In this document: one piece after another, positions 1 through 10,169 of the stretch
Position numbering within the stretch: the stretch's first letter is position 1
Layout: every line of letters starts with the position of its first letter
NCBI GenBank assembly: GCA_965195285.1
Contig: CBDAFS010000014.1
Span: 1 to 64,000 of the forward strand
Source: an uncultured Aminicenantes bacterium
Lineage (GTDB): Bacteria; Acidobacteriota; Aminicenantia; UBA2199
Direction: 5' to 3'
Length of the DNA stretch: 64,000 bases
Made by a program: the position numbers and the translations under genes
Notes under the pieces: model-generated
Seen by the model: the letters and a program-made list of their open reading frames with translations, nothing else
Databases searched by the model: none
What the model was told of the DNA's origin: nothing

Positions 1-81
1 AAACAGCACCTCGTCTTCCCAGGCATTGATGATAAAACATAAACTCAATATAACGACTAAGATTAAAATAATTTTTTTCAT
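1..81 (-). CDS. Partial CDS running off the window; secreted protein, likely PilY1/PilC-type pilus adhesin
   Basis: Read manually: ATG at 81 with GGAGG RBS gives MKKIILILVVILSLCFIINAWEDEVLF (signal peptide). The position after pilX is typical of pilY1. Confidence 0.5.
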   Translation of the reverse strand, partial: MKKIILILVVILSLCFIINAWEDEVLF

Positions 82-91
82 ATTATCCTCC

Positions 92-589
92 CTAATATTC
101 CGATGACAGCAGAACCACCACCGAATTGACCTGTTTGCGGGCCTCGCCCCGGGAAACGTTCTGTACGATGGAAGAGACAATCAGTTCCCAGGCCGTCAGG
201 GTGACCGCTGCCTCGCCGCCGATCTCCAGGGATACCCCGGGCGGCGGTGGCGGGGAAAAGGCCGTAAATCCGTTGACATACTGGGGAATGGAATCCGTGA
301 GTCTCCCGGTCTTCACGGTAGCGGATTTAAAGGCCCTGCTGAAGTGGGAACTGGATTCGCTCAAATCGACCTTGACGGCCAGCGGATCCACTGTGTTTCT
401 CAGTTCATTGATTCCGAATTGAATGCCGGTTTCCGCACAGAACAGGGCGGTTTTATCGGCAACGAAATTTCTGGAAATGGCTATTTCGGTTGTGGTCTGG
501 TCCAGGCCCATGACGCCTAACAGGGAAAGGATCAGTGTTCCTATCAGAACCAGGATCAGCACCGAACCGTTTTGTTTTTTTATGTTCAT
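92..589 (-). CDS. pilX: PilX N-terminal domain type IV pilus assembly protein
   Basis: KQNGSVLILVLI prepilin-like leader lacking E5; ALFCAETGI motif; follows other minor pilins. Confidence 0.75.
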   Translation of the reverse strand: MNIKKQNGSVLILVLIGTLILSLLGVMGLDQTTTEIAISRNFVADKTALFCAETGIQFGINELRNTVDPLAVKVDLSESSSHFSRAFKSATVKTGRLTDSIPQYVNGFTAFSPPPPPGVSLEIGGEAAVTLTAWELIVSSIVQNVSRGEARKQVNSVVVLLSSEY

Positions 590-599
590 GGTTATTCTC

Positions 600-1727
600 C
601 TAATACAAGATAAGATAATTGCGGGTGGCCACTTCGTATCTCATGTAGTTGTAATGGAAGCGGCCCACCGGAATGATAGCGGAAGCAATATCTCCCATGA
701 CCGGCCTGGAAAACTCGATTCCGGAACCCTGGGGTTTATTGGTCTCCTCTTCGGTCTTAAAGAGGACATAGACCCTTACTGCCGATAGGTTGCGGGAGGT
801 AAACTGGCTTATGAAACTGGTACAGGTTGCACTGGCGCTCGAGGAACAGGGATCGCTGTAACTGGTTCCGATGGTGGCGATAGAAGCCCAGAATTCAGGG
901 GGATTGTCTTTGGTCACATATTCAAATTGAATATCCTCGATATTGCTGAAAATGGGAACGCCCCGGGTATCTGTGGAAGCTGTATTGAGAATGTCGCCCA
1001 CACCCTCGGTATCTGTGGTCAGGGTCAGGATTCGGACGCCGTTTTCGACTTTTGTAAGAAAAATATTGAAGTATTCCAGCCGGATGACCGGGTCATCGGT
1101 GGAGTAAGTGTAGGCATTTCCTTTTTTATTGGCGTCAGTGTTGTGTTCATCAGTCAGGTCATTGTAATTGGTGGTGTTCAGCAGCCCGGAATAATAGACC
1201 GGAGTGCCCCGGATGGTCAATGAGGTGTCGGTGGTGGCGGGGGTGGCGGTAACCTTGAACATATAATACCCTTCGGCCCGGGCAATCATCCCGATATCAT
1301 CTTTATGCCAGGCGGTTAGTAAGGCATCATCCGGATCCACTACCGTGGCGACGGAGATGGTGGTGGGGCCGGAACCGGCTATAAAGGAAGCCGTGGCTTT
1401 GGTCACTGCCTTGGGATCTCCCGAGGCCAGTATGATCCCGTCCGAAAAGGAGTTGTTGTTCAGGGGATAGATCCCGGTAAAGGGAACCGGTGATCCGACA
1501 AAGGTGGGGGTGTGAAGCAGGGACAGTATTGATCCTGCGCCACGGATATTGTCGCATACCATTTGCTCGAAGGCACGGGCGGCCTGGTTCATGTCCAGTT
1601 TTCGTCCCTCGGACAGATGGATGGTCTGAGTGGAGGAGATCAGAAAATAGATGGAAATGATAATGATAAGCAATATGGTTGATGAAACTAACATTTCCAC
1701 TAATGAAAATCCTTTGTTGTTTCTCAT
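600..1727 (-). CDS. PilW-like minor pilin (prepilin N-methylation domain)
   Basis: KGFSLVEMLV class III signal; IRGAG motif; C-terminal RN motif. Confidence 0.75.
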   Translation of the reverse strand: MRNNKGFSLVEMLVSSTILLIIIISIYFLISSTQTIHLSEGRKLDMNQAARAFEQMVCDNIRGAGSILSLLHTPTFVGSPVPFTGIYPLNNNSFSDGIILASGDPKAVTKATASFIAGSGPTTISVATVVDPDDALLTAWHKDDIGMIARAEGYYMFKVTATPATTDTSLTIRGTPVYYSGLLNTTNYNDLTDEHNTDANKKGNAYTYSTDDPVIRLEYFNIFLTKVENGVRILTLTTDTEGVGDILNTASTDTRGVPIFSNIEDIQFEYVTKDNPPEFWASIATIGTSYSDPCSSSASATCTSFISQFTSRNLSAVRVYVLFKTEEETNKPQGSGIEFSRPVMGDIASAIIPVGRFHYNYMRYEVATRNYLILY

Positions 1728-2116
1728 GATAGTGTCCTTATGATGGAAAATGTGATGGGGATGGAGTCGACTCCCTGGCTTCTCCAGTGTACCGTGGCCG
1801 TAATCCGGTAGTTATCGGCATCGATCATGGAGGCAGATATGGTTCTGGTAAAATCAGGGTAATTCTCAATGGAACCATAGACCTCGGTTACGTTTCCGAA
1901 GGTTTGGACAGCGGTAAAATTCAGGCGCCGAAGTCTTTCGACTGCATCTTCGGCCAACTGGACTGCCCTGGTATGGTGAATGGCAAATGAATTAATTTTG
2001 ATGTGAGTCGTGGTCATGGTTAAAACACCGACTACTAAAAATGCCAGTATTGCGGTTGCAACCAGCACTTCTACAAAAGAAAACCCCTCCTGTTTATTGA
2101 AATACTTTGCTGACAT
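1724..2116 (-). CDS. PilV-like minor pilin
   Basis: EGFSFVEVLVA prepilin motif; AVQLAEDAVERLR. Confidence 0.75.
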   Translation of the reverse strand: MSAKYFNKQEGFSFVEVLVATAILAFLVVGVLTMTTTHIKINSFAIHHTRAVQLAEDAVERLRRLNFTAVQTFGNVTEVYGSIENYPDFTRTISASMIDADNYRITATVHWRSQGVDSIPITFSIIRTLS

Positions 2117-2588
2117 GAATACCTCCGTAGGGATAGATTTTGATGGTGATGGTGTCGGTCCCTTGATTGCCGGGTGAAGTGAGCGTGATGGTCTGGGTAC
2201 TCATGATTGCAAATTGGTTGGGTGCGACAGGTTTTACAAGGAAACCCTTGGGGTTCATGGCAAAATCGGGAAGCGGGGAATTAATTGTAACCACATCGCC
2301 GATGGTTTTGTTACCGAAACCGGGATCATTGAGATCATTCCAGCTTGAGCCATCGTAAATTTGAAATTGGTATCCATGGGAATTAAAATTCATTCGAATT
2401 GTCCTGATTTCCCTGATGGCACGGTGCTTGACTTTGTAAAATTGTCCGGAAATTTCCTGGGCAACATTGCGGATGCTCAGCCGGTTGCGGCTTTTGGAAC
2501 TGATGTTCAATCCCAGGGAAACCAGTATGGCTAAAAAACCAATAACGATCAGTAGTTCAAGAAAACTGAAACCATGCTTTTTTTTCAT
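2094..2588 (-). CDS. FimT/GspH-like minor pilin
   Basis: HGFSFLELLIV prepilin motif; first gene of the cluster. Confidence 0.7.
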   Translation of the reverse strand: MKKKHGFSFLELLIVIGFLAILVSLGLNISSKSRNRLSIRNVAQEISGQFYKVKHRAIREIRTIRMNFNSHGYQFQIYDGSSWNDLNDPGFGNKTIGDVVTINSPLPDFAMNPKGFLVKPVAPNQFAIMSTQTITLTSPGNQGTDTITIKIYPYGGIHVSKVFQ

Positions 2589-2610
2589 AATAACCCCTAT
2601 AGTCTCTTAC

Positions 2611-2626
2611 TGCAACTTTGGTGCCA
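2611..2626 (-). promoter_or_regulatory. Sigma54 (-24/-12) promoter for the minor pilin operon
   Basis: Minus strand reads TGGCAC-CAAAG-TTGCA, an exact match to TGGCAC-N5-TTGCW, 22 nt upstream of the first pilin ATG. Confidence 0.75.
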
Positions 2627-2887
2627 ATATGTTTTATATTCAAATCTTCCTCGGAGATATGGTTGCTTTACCATAAATATAAGCCATTTATAATTATTCC
2701 GGTACGAATTACGTAAAGAAAAGAGAACCGGTTGAATGTTCAATGTGTATAAATATTACCCGGATATATAAAATAATTCATAATTTATGATTTTATCATG
2801 ACATTTTTATTTGAAATATTTGTGAGCACGACATGTCAGGTTATTGAAAATGAAGAGCTAAAAAGCTATAATAACCTTTAAAGAAAA

Positions 2888-3778
2888 ATGTTTAAAATAT
2901 CATTAAAGAAGAAAATCTCTCGGATCCTCGGTTCCAAAAAAAACCGGGAGGAAATTTTTGAAGAACTGGAAGAACTGTTGATATTATCGGATATATCCGC
3001 TGACCGGGTGGAGCGGCTGCTGAAACAAGTCAAAAAGCGGATCAAATTGACCTTTGAAAAAGATGATTTTATAGATGTACTGAAAGAAGAGTTTAAAAAT
3101 CTTTTTGCCGAGGCCAGAGCCAAAAGAGGAGAAGATTCCTCATCCGTCATTCAATTTTCCGATGCCAAGAATGTGGTATTGATTGTCGGTGTGAATGGCA
3201 GTGGCAAGACCACTACCGCAGCCAAACTGGCCCTTTTCTACCAACAGAGGGGGTTGAAGATTTTACTTTGCGCTGCCGATACCTTCCGGGCTGCCGGCAG
3301 TTCCCAGCTGGTAATGTGGGGTGAAAAGTTAGGTATTCCGGTTATCGGAGGGGACCGGGGAGCAGATCCCGGTTCGGTGGTGTATAATAGTATGAATTCG
3401 CTGATGAGCCGGGATTACGATATGCTGATTGTCGACACGGCCGGACGGGTTCAAACCAAGGATAATCTGATGAAAGAACTGGAAAAACTGACCAAAGTCA
3501 TCAAGAAATTTTCCTTGTCCCAGCCGGCCGAAACGCTTCTGGTGGTGGATGCCACCATGGGGCAGAATACCCTGGATCAGGCCAGGCGGTTCAAGTTTTT
3601 TTCCGGTCTCAGCGGTATCATTTTAGCCAAGGCCGATGGCACGGCCAAGGGAGGAACCATTATCAATATACTGGATGAGTTGAATATTCCGGTAAGGTTT
3701 GCGGGTTTCGGTGAATCCGAAAAGGATCTCATGGAGTTCTCGGAACAGGCTTTCATCGATTCGTTGTTGGGTGAGTAG
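2888..3778 (+). CDS. ftsY: Signal recognition particle-docking protein FtsY
   Basis: GVNGSGKTTT, DTFRAAG, DTAGR and KADGTAKGG motifs. Confidence 0.95.
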   Translation: MFKISLKKKISRILGSKKNREEIFEELEELLILSDISADRVERLLKQVKKRIKLTFEKDDFIDVLKEEFKNLFAEARAKRGEDSSSVIQFSDAKNVVLIVGVNGSGKTTTAAKLALFYQQRGLKILLCAADTFRAAGSSQLVMWGEKLGIPVIGGDRGADPGSVVYNSMNSLMSRDYDMLIVDTAGRVQTKDNLMKELEKLTKVIKKFSLSQPAETLLVVDATMGQNTLDQARRFKFFSGLSGIILAKADGTAKGGTIINILDELNIPVRFAGFGESEKDLMEFSEQAFIDSLLGE

Positions 3779-3779
3779 T

Positions 3780-4880
3780 GTGAAGACATTTTCTGATACG
3801 GATACGCGGTTCATGAAAGCCGCCATCAACCTGGGATTGAGGGGAAAGGGATTTACAGAACCCAATCCGTTGGTCGGGGCCCTGGTGGTTGATCGGGGGG
3901 AGATCATTTCGACCGGTTTCCACAGGAGTTTCGGCGCACCCCATGCGGAAGCCATGGCCCTGAAGTCCGTTTCCCGGAAGCATACCACCCTGTATGTTCC
4001 TCTGGAACCCTGCTGCCATTTTGGCGTCAATCCGCCCTGCACCGATTTGATCATTCGGAAGAAGGTCAGCCGGGTGGTAATTGCGCTTCAGGATCCCAAC
4101 TCCCGGGTCAATGGGAAGGGCATCGAGGTGATGAAAAAAAACAACATCCGGATTGAAACGGGGTGTCTGGAGAAATATTATGCCCGGGTCAACCGGCACT
4201 ATTTAAAATTTATGAATCGAAAAAAGCCCTATGTGACCCTCAAGGCCGGTGTTTCTCTGGATGGGAAACTGACCGATAAGCATCATCGCTCCAAATGGAT
4301 AACCGATCCGGAAATGAGAAAGTTTTCCCAGAGCCTGCGGGGTGAGTTTTCGGCCATTCTGGTCGGGAGCAGGACTGCCTTGGTTGATGATCCTTGCCTG
4401 ACCATTCGGGAAAGGGAATGGGGTGATAAAAAATTGTACCGGGTGGTGCTGGATACGCATAACCGGCTGGATTTGAATCAAAAAATCTTTCGAAATCATC
4501 AGCGTTTCCCTTTGATCCTGTTCAGTTCCCAAACCGCGGCCAACCGGACCCCCAAGGTTGACAATCACCATTTCATCAAGAGTGACGGTGAGATCCTTGA
4601 TCTCAACCGGGTGTTGAAAATACTGGCCCGCTACCGGATCGCCTCGGTTTTGGTCGAGGGCGGAGGGCAGGTCATCAATTCGTTTCTGAATAAAAAGCTG
4701 GCCGATGAACTGATATTGTTTACGGCCAATAAGGTTATCGGGGGCAGTGATTCGGTTGAACTGTTTGCCTCCGGTGTATCCCTGTCCGGACCGATTCGCC
4801 TGATCCATCACCGGATCATGAATTTGGGCTCCGGATATGTGGTTCGGGGAAGACTAAATCCCCTATTTTCAGGAGGCTGA
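3780..4880 (+). CDS. ribD: Bifunctional diaminohydroxyphosphoribosylaminopyrimidine deaminase/reductase
   Basis: PNPLVGA, HAE, LEPCCH, PPC and VEGGG motifs; GTG start at 3780 just after the ftsY stop. Confidence 0.93.
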   Translation: MKTFSDTDTRFMKAAINLGLRGKGFTEPNPLVGALVVDRGEIISTGFHRSFGAPHAEAMALKSVSRKHTTLYVPLEPCCHFGVNPPCTDLIIRKKVSRVVIALQDPNSRVNGKGIEVMKKNNIRIETGCLEKYYARVNRHYLKFMNRKKPYVTLKAGVSLDGKLTDKHHRSKWITDPEMRKFSQSLRGEFSAILVGSRTALVDDPCLTIREREWGDKKLYRVVLDTHNRLDLNQKIFRNHQRFPLILFSSQTAANRTPKVDNHHFIKSDGEILDLNRVLKILARYRIASVLVEGGGQVINSFLNKKLADELILFTANKVIGGSDSVELFASGVSLSGPIRLIHHRIMNLGSGYVVRGRLNPLFSGG

Positions 4881-4882
4881 AG

Positions 4883-5473
4883 ATGTTTACCGGCATTATT
4901 CTGTGCATGGGGAAATTGATTGCCTTGAAGAAAAAGAATTTCCCGGAATTGTCTGTCAGTATACAGCTGCCCCGTGAGGTCAGGGTGGGAGATTCGGTGG
5001 CGGTTAATGGGGCCTGTCTGACCGTTACCGGGATCAATTCCCGGGAATATACCTTTGACTTGAGCCGGGAGACCCTGGCCCTGTCCAATTTTTCCGATAT
5101 TCCTTCCGGGAGTATGCTGAATATCGAATTGCCCCTGACCCTGAATACCTTGGTTAGCGGCCATCTGCTCAGCGGCCATCTGGATGGGACGGTCAGGACC
5201 AAGTCCATCAATAAGAGTGCAGAACGGTCGAGTTTTTCCTTTACTTTCAGCAAACCGGAGTGGAAGTCATTTCTGGTTTACAAGGGATCGGTTGCTCTGA
5301 ACGGGATCAGTTTGACTGTATCGGAAATCAGGGCTTCCTCATTTTCGGTGGAAGTGATTCCCCATACCCTGGAGACTACCAATTTGAAGTATCTGAGGAT
5401 CGGGGAACGGGTCAATCTGGAGCTTGATTTAATCGGTAAATACGTATATAATCAGAGGTCATTAAAGAGTTGA
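4883..5473 (+). CDS. ribE: Riboflavin synthase (alpha chain)
   Basis: MFTGII N-terminus; GDSVAVNGACLTV; GSVALNGISLTV. Confidence 0.95.
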   Translation: MFTGIILCMGKLIALKKKNFPELSVSIQLPREVRVGDSVAVNGACLTVTGINSREYTFDLSRETLALSNFSDIPSGSMLNIELPLTLNTLVSGHLLSGHLDGTVRTKSINKSAERSSFSFTFSKPEWKSFLVYKGSVALNGISLTVSEIRASSFSVEVIPHTLETTNLKYLRIGERVNLELDLIGKYVYNQRSLKS

Positions 5474-5475
5474 AA

Positions 5476-6690
5476 ATGAAGAAAAAACATTTGATATCGG
5501 TACCGGAAGCGGTTTCTTACCTGAAAAAAGGTAATATGATCATCATTGTGGATGATGAAGACCGGGAAAACGAGGGCGATCTGATGATCGCCTCGGAAAA
5601 GGTAACCCCGGAAGCCATTAATTTCATGAGCAAGCATGCCCGGGGACTGGTCTGTGTTTCCCTGACCGAGGACCGGAGCAATGAACTGCAACTTCCCCTG
5701 ATGGTGGATAAAAATACATCCCGTTTTGAAACCCCCTTTACCATTTCCGTGGATGCCCGCCACAACATTACCACCGGCATCTCCGCCTATGACCGGGCCG
5801 AGACCATCCGTTGTATCATTGATACCGAGACCCGGCCGGATGATCTGGTTAAACCCGGCCATGTTTTTCCCCTGCGGGCCAAGCGGGGAGGGGTGCTGAT
5901 CAGGGCCGGCCAGACCGAGGCCTCGCTGGACCTGACCCGGATTGCGGGTTTGTATCCCTCGGGAATTATCTGTGAGATCATGAAAGAAGATGGCGCCATG
6001 GCCCGGATGCCCGAATTGATTGAGTTTTATGAAAAATTTGATGTACCCATCATTACCGTAGAAGAAATCATAAAGTACCGGGTTCAGAAAGAAACCCTGG
6101 TGGAGGAGGTCAGCGAGGCCACTCTCCCCTCCCGCTGGGGAACCTTTGTCATAAAAGTGTTTGAGGACCAGATCCACCAGGAAACCCATGTGGCCCTGAT
6201 CAAGGGGGATGTCAGCGGTGATGATCCGGTTCTGGTCCGGGTTCATTCCCAGTGTCTGACCGGTGATGCCTTTGGCAGCCTGAAATGTGATTGCGGGAAC
6301 CAGTTGAGACGGGCCATGGAGATGATTGAACGGGAAAAACGCGGTATCCTGCTGTATCTGATCAATCAGGAGGGCCGCGGTATCGGGCTCCCGGGCAAGA
6401 TTAAGGCCTACAAGCTGCAGGAGCACGGACTGGATACGGTTGAAGCCAACCTGGAATTGGGTTTTGATGCCGACCAGAGGGATTATGGTATCGGGGCCCA
6501 GATCATACGCAGCCTGGGCGTAAAAAAGTTACGGCTGATCACCAACAATCCCACCAAATATATTGCCCTGTCCGGTTATGGCCTGGAGATTGCGGAAAGG
6601 GTTTCTCTGGAGATCGAACCCAATAAAGAGAGTCTCCGGTACATGAAAACCAAAAAAGAAAAAATGGGCCATTTGCTGAAAAAAATCTAA
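5476..6690 (+). CDS. ribBA: Bifunctional DHBP synthase / GTP cyclohydrolase II
   Basis: DDEDRENEGD, RVHSQCLTGD, CDCG, QEGRGIGL and TNNP motifs. Confidence 0.95.
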   Translation: MKKKHLISVPEAVSYLKKGNMIIIVDDEDRENEGDLMIASEKVTPEAINFMSKHARGLVCVSLTEDRSNELQLPLMVDKNTSRFETPFTISVDARHNITTGISAYDRAETIRCIIDTETRPDDLVKPGHVFPLRAKRGGVLIRAGQTEASLDLTRIAGLYPSGIICEIMKEDGAMARMPELIEFYEKFDVPIITVEEIIKYRVQKETLVEEVSEATLPSRWGTFVIKVFEDQIHQETHVALIKGDVSGDDPVLVRVHSQCLTGDAFGSLKCDCGNQLRRAMEMIEREKRGILLYLINQEGRGIGLPGKIKAYKLQEHGLDTVEANLELGFDADQRDYGIGAQIIRSLGVKKLRLITNNPTKYIALSGYGLEIAERVSLEIEPNKESLRYMKTKKEKMGHLLKKI

Positions 6691-7445
6691 TGGAAATATC
6701 GATGGAGTATTTTTTAGGATTGAATCCCACCAAGCAGATCCACCTGCTCAAAGATGAAAAATTCGCCGCATTTCCCCGGGAAAAAAAGATTGAATTCCTG
6801 AAAACCGTTCTGCAGTCGGAGCTGTCATCAAAAACAACTGCCAGTACACTTAAGGTATTGAGGGAGTTGAAGTACCGGGACCAGTTTTTTTACCGCAAAT
6901 TTTTATACCATGCCGACAGCTCGGTGGCCAATGCCGCCCGGAAGGCCATCAGCGAAGCCATTGAACAACAAGATAGCGGTGTCATCAAAATCACGGAAAT
7001 CTTGAAGAAAGAACAGGGTGAAACCCGGATGGAATATTTGAACTCCATTCTCAAGGATAAAACGGATTTTAGTTCTGAAATACTGATCTCCCTGCTGAGC
7101 CTGAACGATTCCGCCTTGAGCGAGAAGCTGATCAAGGAAGTGAACAACAATTACAATCTGGATGAGGCCCGTCTGGTGGAGGCCATCAAGGGAGCGGTAT
7201 GGTATGTGCGGGCAGCTATTGTCAAAATCCTGAGCAACCGCCGGAGTGATTATTTACCGGATGTGATAGAATACCTGATGAATGATAAGAATGTGGAGGT
7301 CAAACTGAAACTCATCGAGGCCATTTCCCGGCTTGATTCCCAGCAGGCCCGGATGTTTCTGGTCAGGTTGAAGGATGATCCGCTTGTATGGATAAAAAAA
7401 GAGTCAGGAAAAGTTCTGGCCAATCTGGAAAAAAAACAACTTTGA
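6690..7445 (+). CDS. HEAT-repeat protein
   Basis: Repeated WYVRAA / NVEVKLK / PLVWIKKE HEAT-like units; start overlaps the ribBA stop. Confidence 0.6.
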   Translation: MEISMEYFLGLNPTKQIHLLKDEKFAAFPREKKIEFLKTVLQSELSSKTTASTLKVLRELKYRDQFFYRKFLYHADSSVANAARKAISEAIEQQDSGVIKITEILKKEQGETRMEYLNSILKDKTDFSSEILISLLSLNDSALSEKLIKEVNNNYNLDEARLVEAIKGAVWYVRAAIVKILSNRRSDYLPDVIEYLMNDKNVEVKLKLIEAISRLDSQQARMFLVRLKDDPLVWIKKESGKVLANLEKKQL

Positions 7446-7504
7446 ACCGAAATCAAAACGGTTTACTTTTCAGTTGAATGCCGCCCGGTTTTCGCCCTAA
7501 TACG

Positions 7505-8782
7505 TTATCCGGTTTTGAGCAGGACGTAACTTTTTTTACCCTTTTGAATGAGGATGTATTTTCCGTTCAGCAGGGACTCGGGTCCAATGGTGGTCTCGCT
7601 ATTCTGAACCCGTTCCTTGTTGATGCTCAATCCACCGTTCTGGATCAGGCGTCGGGTTTCGCCCTTGGATGAAAATACCGTGGTTTCAGTGGCCAGCAAT
7701 TCCACGACATTGATGCCCTTTTTTATGATATGACCGGGAACCGTGACCTGGGGGACTCCTTCAAATACCGACAGGAAATCCTTTTCCGAGAGTTGATTCA
7801 GGACTCCGGTGGTGCCTTTTCCGAAGAGGATTTCCGCGGCTGTTTCCGCGATTTCAACCTCCCGGGAGGAGTGGACCCGGGAGGTGACATCCCTGGCCAT
7901 GGTTTTTTGAAGCACCCTTAAGTGGGGGGCTTTTTTGTGTTCCCGGACCAATCCTTTAATTTCATCCCTGGATAAGAGGGTGAATTTATTAATGTATTCA
8001 ACCGCATCCCCATCCGGACAGTTCAGCCAGTATTGATAGAATTTATAGGGGGAGGTCATGTCAGCGGCCAGCCAGATGTTTTCGCCCTCGGATTTTCCGA
8101 ACTTGCTGCCATCCGAACGGGTAATGAGCGGGCAGGTCAGGGCAAAAGCCTCTCCGGATGCCTTGCGGCGAATGAGTTCGGTGCCAGCGGTAATATTGCC
8201 CCACTGGTCGGAGCCGCCCATCTGGAGCACACAGTTTTTATTCTGGTAGAGCCAGAAGAAATCATAAGCCTGAAGCAGCTGATAGGAAAACTCGGTAAAA
8301 GAAATACCCTTTTCCAGGCGCTGCTTGACCGATTCCTTGGCCATCATGTAGTTGATGGTCAGATGTTTGCCCACCTCCCGGAGAAAGTTCAAAAATTCCA
8401 CTCCCTGGAACCAGTCATAATTGTTGACCATTTCCGCTGCATTTTTACCCTTTTCAAAATTCAGAAATTTTTCCAGCTGCTTCTTGATCTGCTCCTGGTT
8501 GTAGCGGATTTCATCGATAGCCAGCAGGGGGCGCTCTTCGGACCGTCCCGAGGGATCGCCCACCATGCCGGTGGCACCCCCGACCAGGACAATGGGTTTG
8601 TGTCCGGCTCTCTGAAACAATGCCTGCATCATGATGGGGGCCAGGTTGCCGATATGCAGTGACGGGGCAGTGGGATCATAGCCGATGTATCCGGTTGTCA
8701 TGCCCCGACTCAATTTTTCTTCGGTGCCGGGCATGATATCGTGGATCAGGCCCCGCCATTTCAATTCCTTGACGAAATTCAT
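7505..8782 (-). CDS. tyrS: Tyrosine--tRNA ligase
   Basis: GYDPTAPSLHIGN (HIGH), GGSDQWGN, KFGKS (KMSKS) and a C-terminal S4 domain. Confidence 0.97.
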   Translation of the reverse strand: MNFVKELKWRGLIHDIMPGTEEKLSRGMTTGYIGYDPTAPSLHIGNLAPIMMQALFQRAGHKPIVLVGGATGMVGDPSGRSEERPLLAIDEIRYNQEQIKKQLEKFLNFEKGKNAAEMVNNYDWFQGVEFLNFLREVGKHLTINYMMAKESVKQRLEKGISFTEFSYQLLQAYDFFWLYQNKNCVLQMGGSDQWGNITAGTELIRRKASGEAFALTCPLITRSDGSKFGKSEGENIWLAADMTSPYKFYQYWLNCPDGDAVEYINKFTLLSRDEIKGLVREHKKAPHLRVLQKTMARDVTSRVHSSREVEIAETAAEILFGKGTTGVLNQLSEKDFLSVFEGVPQVTVPGHIIKKGINVVELLATETTVFSSKGETRRLIQNGGLSINKERVQNSETTIGPESLLNGKYILIQKGKKSYVLLKTG

Positions 8783-9315
8783 TTTATCAGTTCGTGACCT
8801 ATCTCAATAGCCTTTAAATTCAAATCGATATAGTCCCGAGGAGCCCATTCCCGGACATAATCCACCATGTTCTGGTAGCCGATGATCCCGGTGATTTTCT
8901 GGGTCAGGGCCAGGGTTACCACGGAAGTGAGCACAATGTTCCCCAGCTGTTTTTTGGTTTCATAGACCAGAGGGATGCGCATCAGTTTCCAGTTGCGGGG
9001 ATTTCCTACCTCTTTAACCAGGTGGGTATCAATGATGACAGTGGCATCATCCTTGAGCCGATCCTTATACAGGTCAAAGGGCTTTTGCTGAGTGCAGACG
9101 AAGAAATCAATGGCATTGGCCTGGGGGAAGATGATTTTTTTATCCGAGATGATAATATCGACTTTGGTGGCTCCCCCCCGCACACTGGAGGTATAGGTGG
9201 GGCTTTCCACTGCATATTTGTTTTCTTTGGTCACTGCAATGTTAACCAGCAGAGCGCCGGCGGTTAACAGGCCCTGTCCGCCCACTGCTCCGTATCGGAT
9301 CTCATAGCGGCTCAT
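8779..9315 (-). CDS. korC: 2-oxoacid:ferredoxin oxidoreductase gamma subunit
   Basis: GAVGGQG and YTSSVRGG motifs; operon context. Confidence 0.8.
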   Translation of the reverse strand: MSRYEIRYGAVGGQGLLTAGALLVNIAVTKENKYAVESPTYTSSVRGGATKVDIIISDKKIIFPQANAIDFFVCTQQKPFDLYKDRLKDDATVIIDTHLVKEVGNPRNWKLMRIPLVYETKKQLGNIVLTSVVTLALTQKITGIIGYQNMVDYVREWAPRDYIDLNLKAIEIGHELIK

Positions 9316-10169
9316 TTTTTTTGCCTTTTGGCCGTGGAATTGGCTTTGGAGGTTTCGGCCTGGGTGGTGGGCACGATATGCTTGTAGTACAGCTCGGTAT
9401 ATTCCAGACGTTCCTTGTCCTCTACAAAAATGCCTACCGGGTACTTGGTATTCTGTTCCTGGGCGGGTATTTTTTCAAATTGGGCCTGGGTGACGGTTTT
9501 GTCAGCAATCCACCGGGACATGGCAATGGGATTTTTCATGTTATTCTTGCGGCCCAGATTGATATGGCAGTTGCTAATGACTTCCACCACGGAAAAACCC
9601 TTGTGCTGAAAGGATTTTTTAATGACCTGTTTGAGCGGGATCGGCCGGTTGACGGTATCCCGGGCAACGAAAGACGCCTTGGAAGCCTTGAGCAGGTTGA
9701 CGGTATCGAATTGGGGTTCGATATTCCCGTAAGGGGTGGTCTCGGTAATGAACTTCTGGGGGGTGAGGGGGGAAACCTGGCCGCCGGTCATGCCGTAAAT
9801 ACCGTTGTTGATCAGGATCATCTTAATACCGATGTTTCGGCGGGCGGCATGGATAAGATGGTTTCCGCCAATGGCCAGGGCATCGCCATCCCCGGATATC
9901 ACCACTACGGTCTTATCCGGTTTGGCCAGTTTGATGCCGGTGGCAAAGGTCAGGGCACGGCCATGGGTGGTGTGCAGGGTATTGGTGTTGAAAAAGGTGG
10001 GTAACCTTCCGGAACAGCCGATTCCGGCCACCACCACGATGTCCTCCGGCTGGATTTTCAATTCCGAGAAGGCCATGGCAATGGCCTTGAGAATAACACC
10101 ATCTCCGCAGCCCGGACACCAGGGAGTGGGGAAGGTGCGGTAACGGATATATCGTTCGTAATCTCTCAT
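9312..10169 (-). CDS. korB: 2-oxoacid:ferredoxin oxidoreductase beta subunit
   Basis: WCPGCG, GIGCS, HGR and the GDGD...NN TPP-binding motif. Confidence 0.88.
   Translation of the reverse strand: MRDYERYIRYRTFPTPWCPGCGDGVILKAIAMAFSELKIQPEDIVVVAGIGCSGRLPTFFNTNTLHTTHGRALTFATGIKLAKPDKTVVVISGDGDALAIGGNHLIHAARRNIGIKMILINNGIYGMTGGQVSPLTPQKFITETTPYGNIEPQFDTVNLLKASKASFVARDTVNRPIPLKQVIKKSFQHKGFSVVEVISNCHINLGRKNNMKNPIAMSRWIADKTVTQAQFEKIPAQEQNTKYPVGIFVEDKERLEYTELYYKHIVPTTQAETSKANSTAKRQKK

Noticed and set aside
3699-3779. FMN riboswitch, or an upstream start for ribD
   Set aside because: The region is ftsY coding sequence; GTG at 3780 fits RibD better
5452-6426. Long antisense ORFs (also 12630-13370, 16366-17154, 17234-18031, 36633-37493, 42973-43806 and others)
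   Set aside because: They shadow well-supported genes on the opposite strand and carry no motifs
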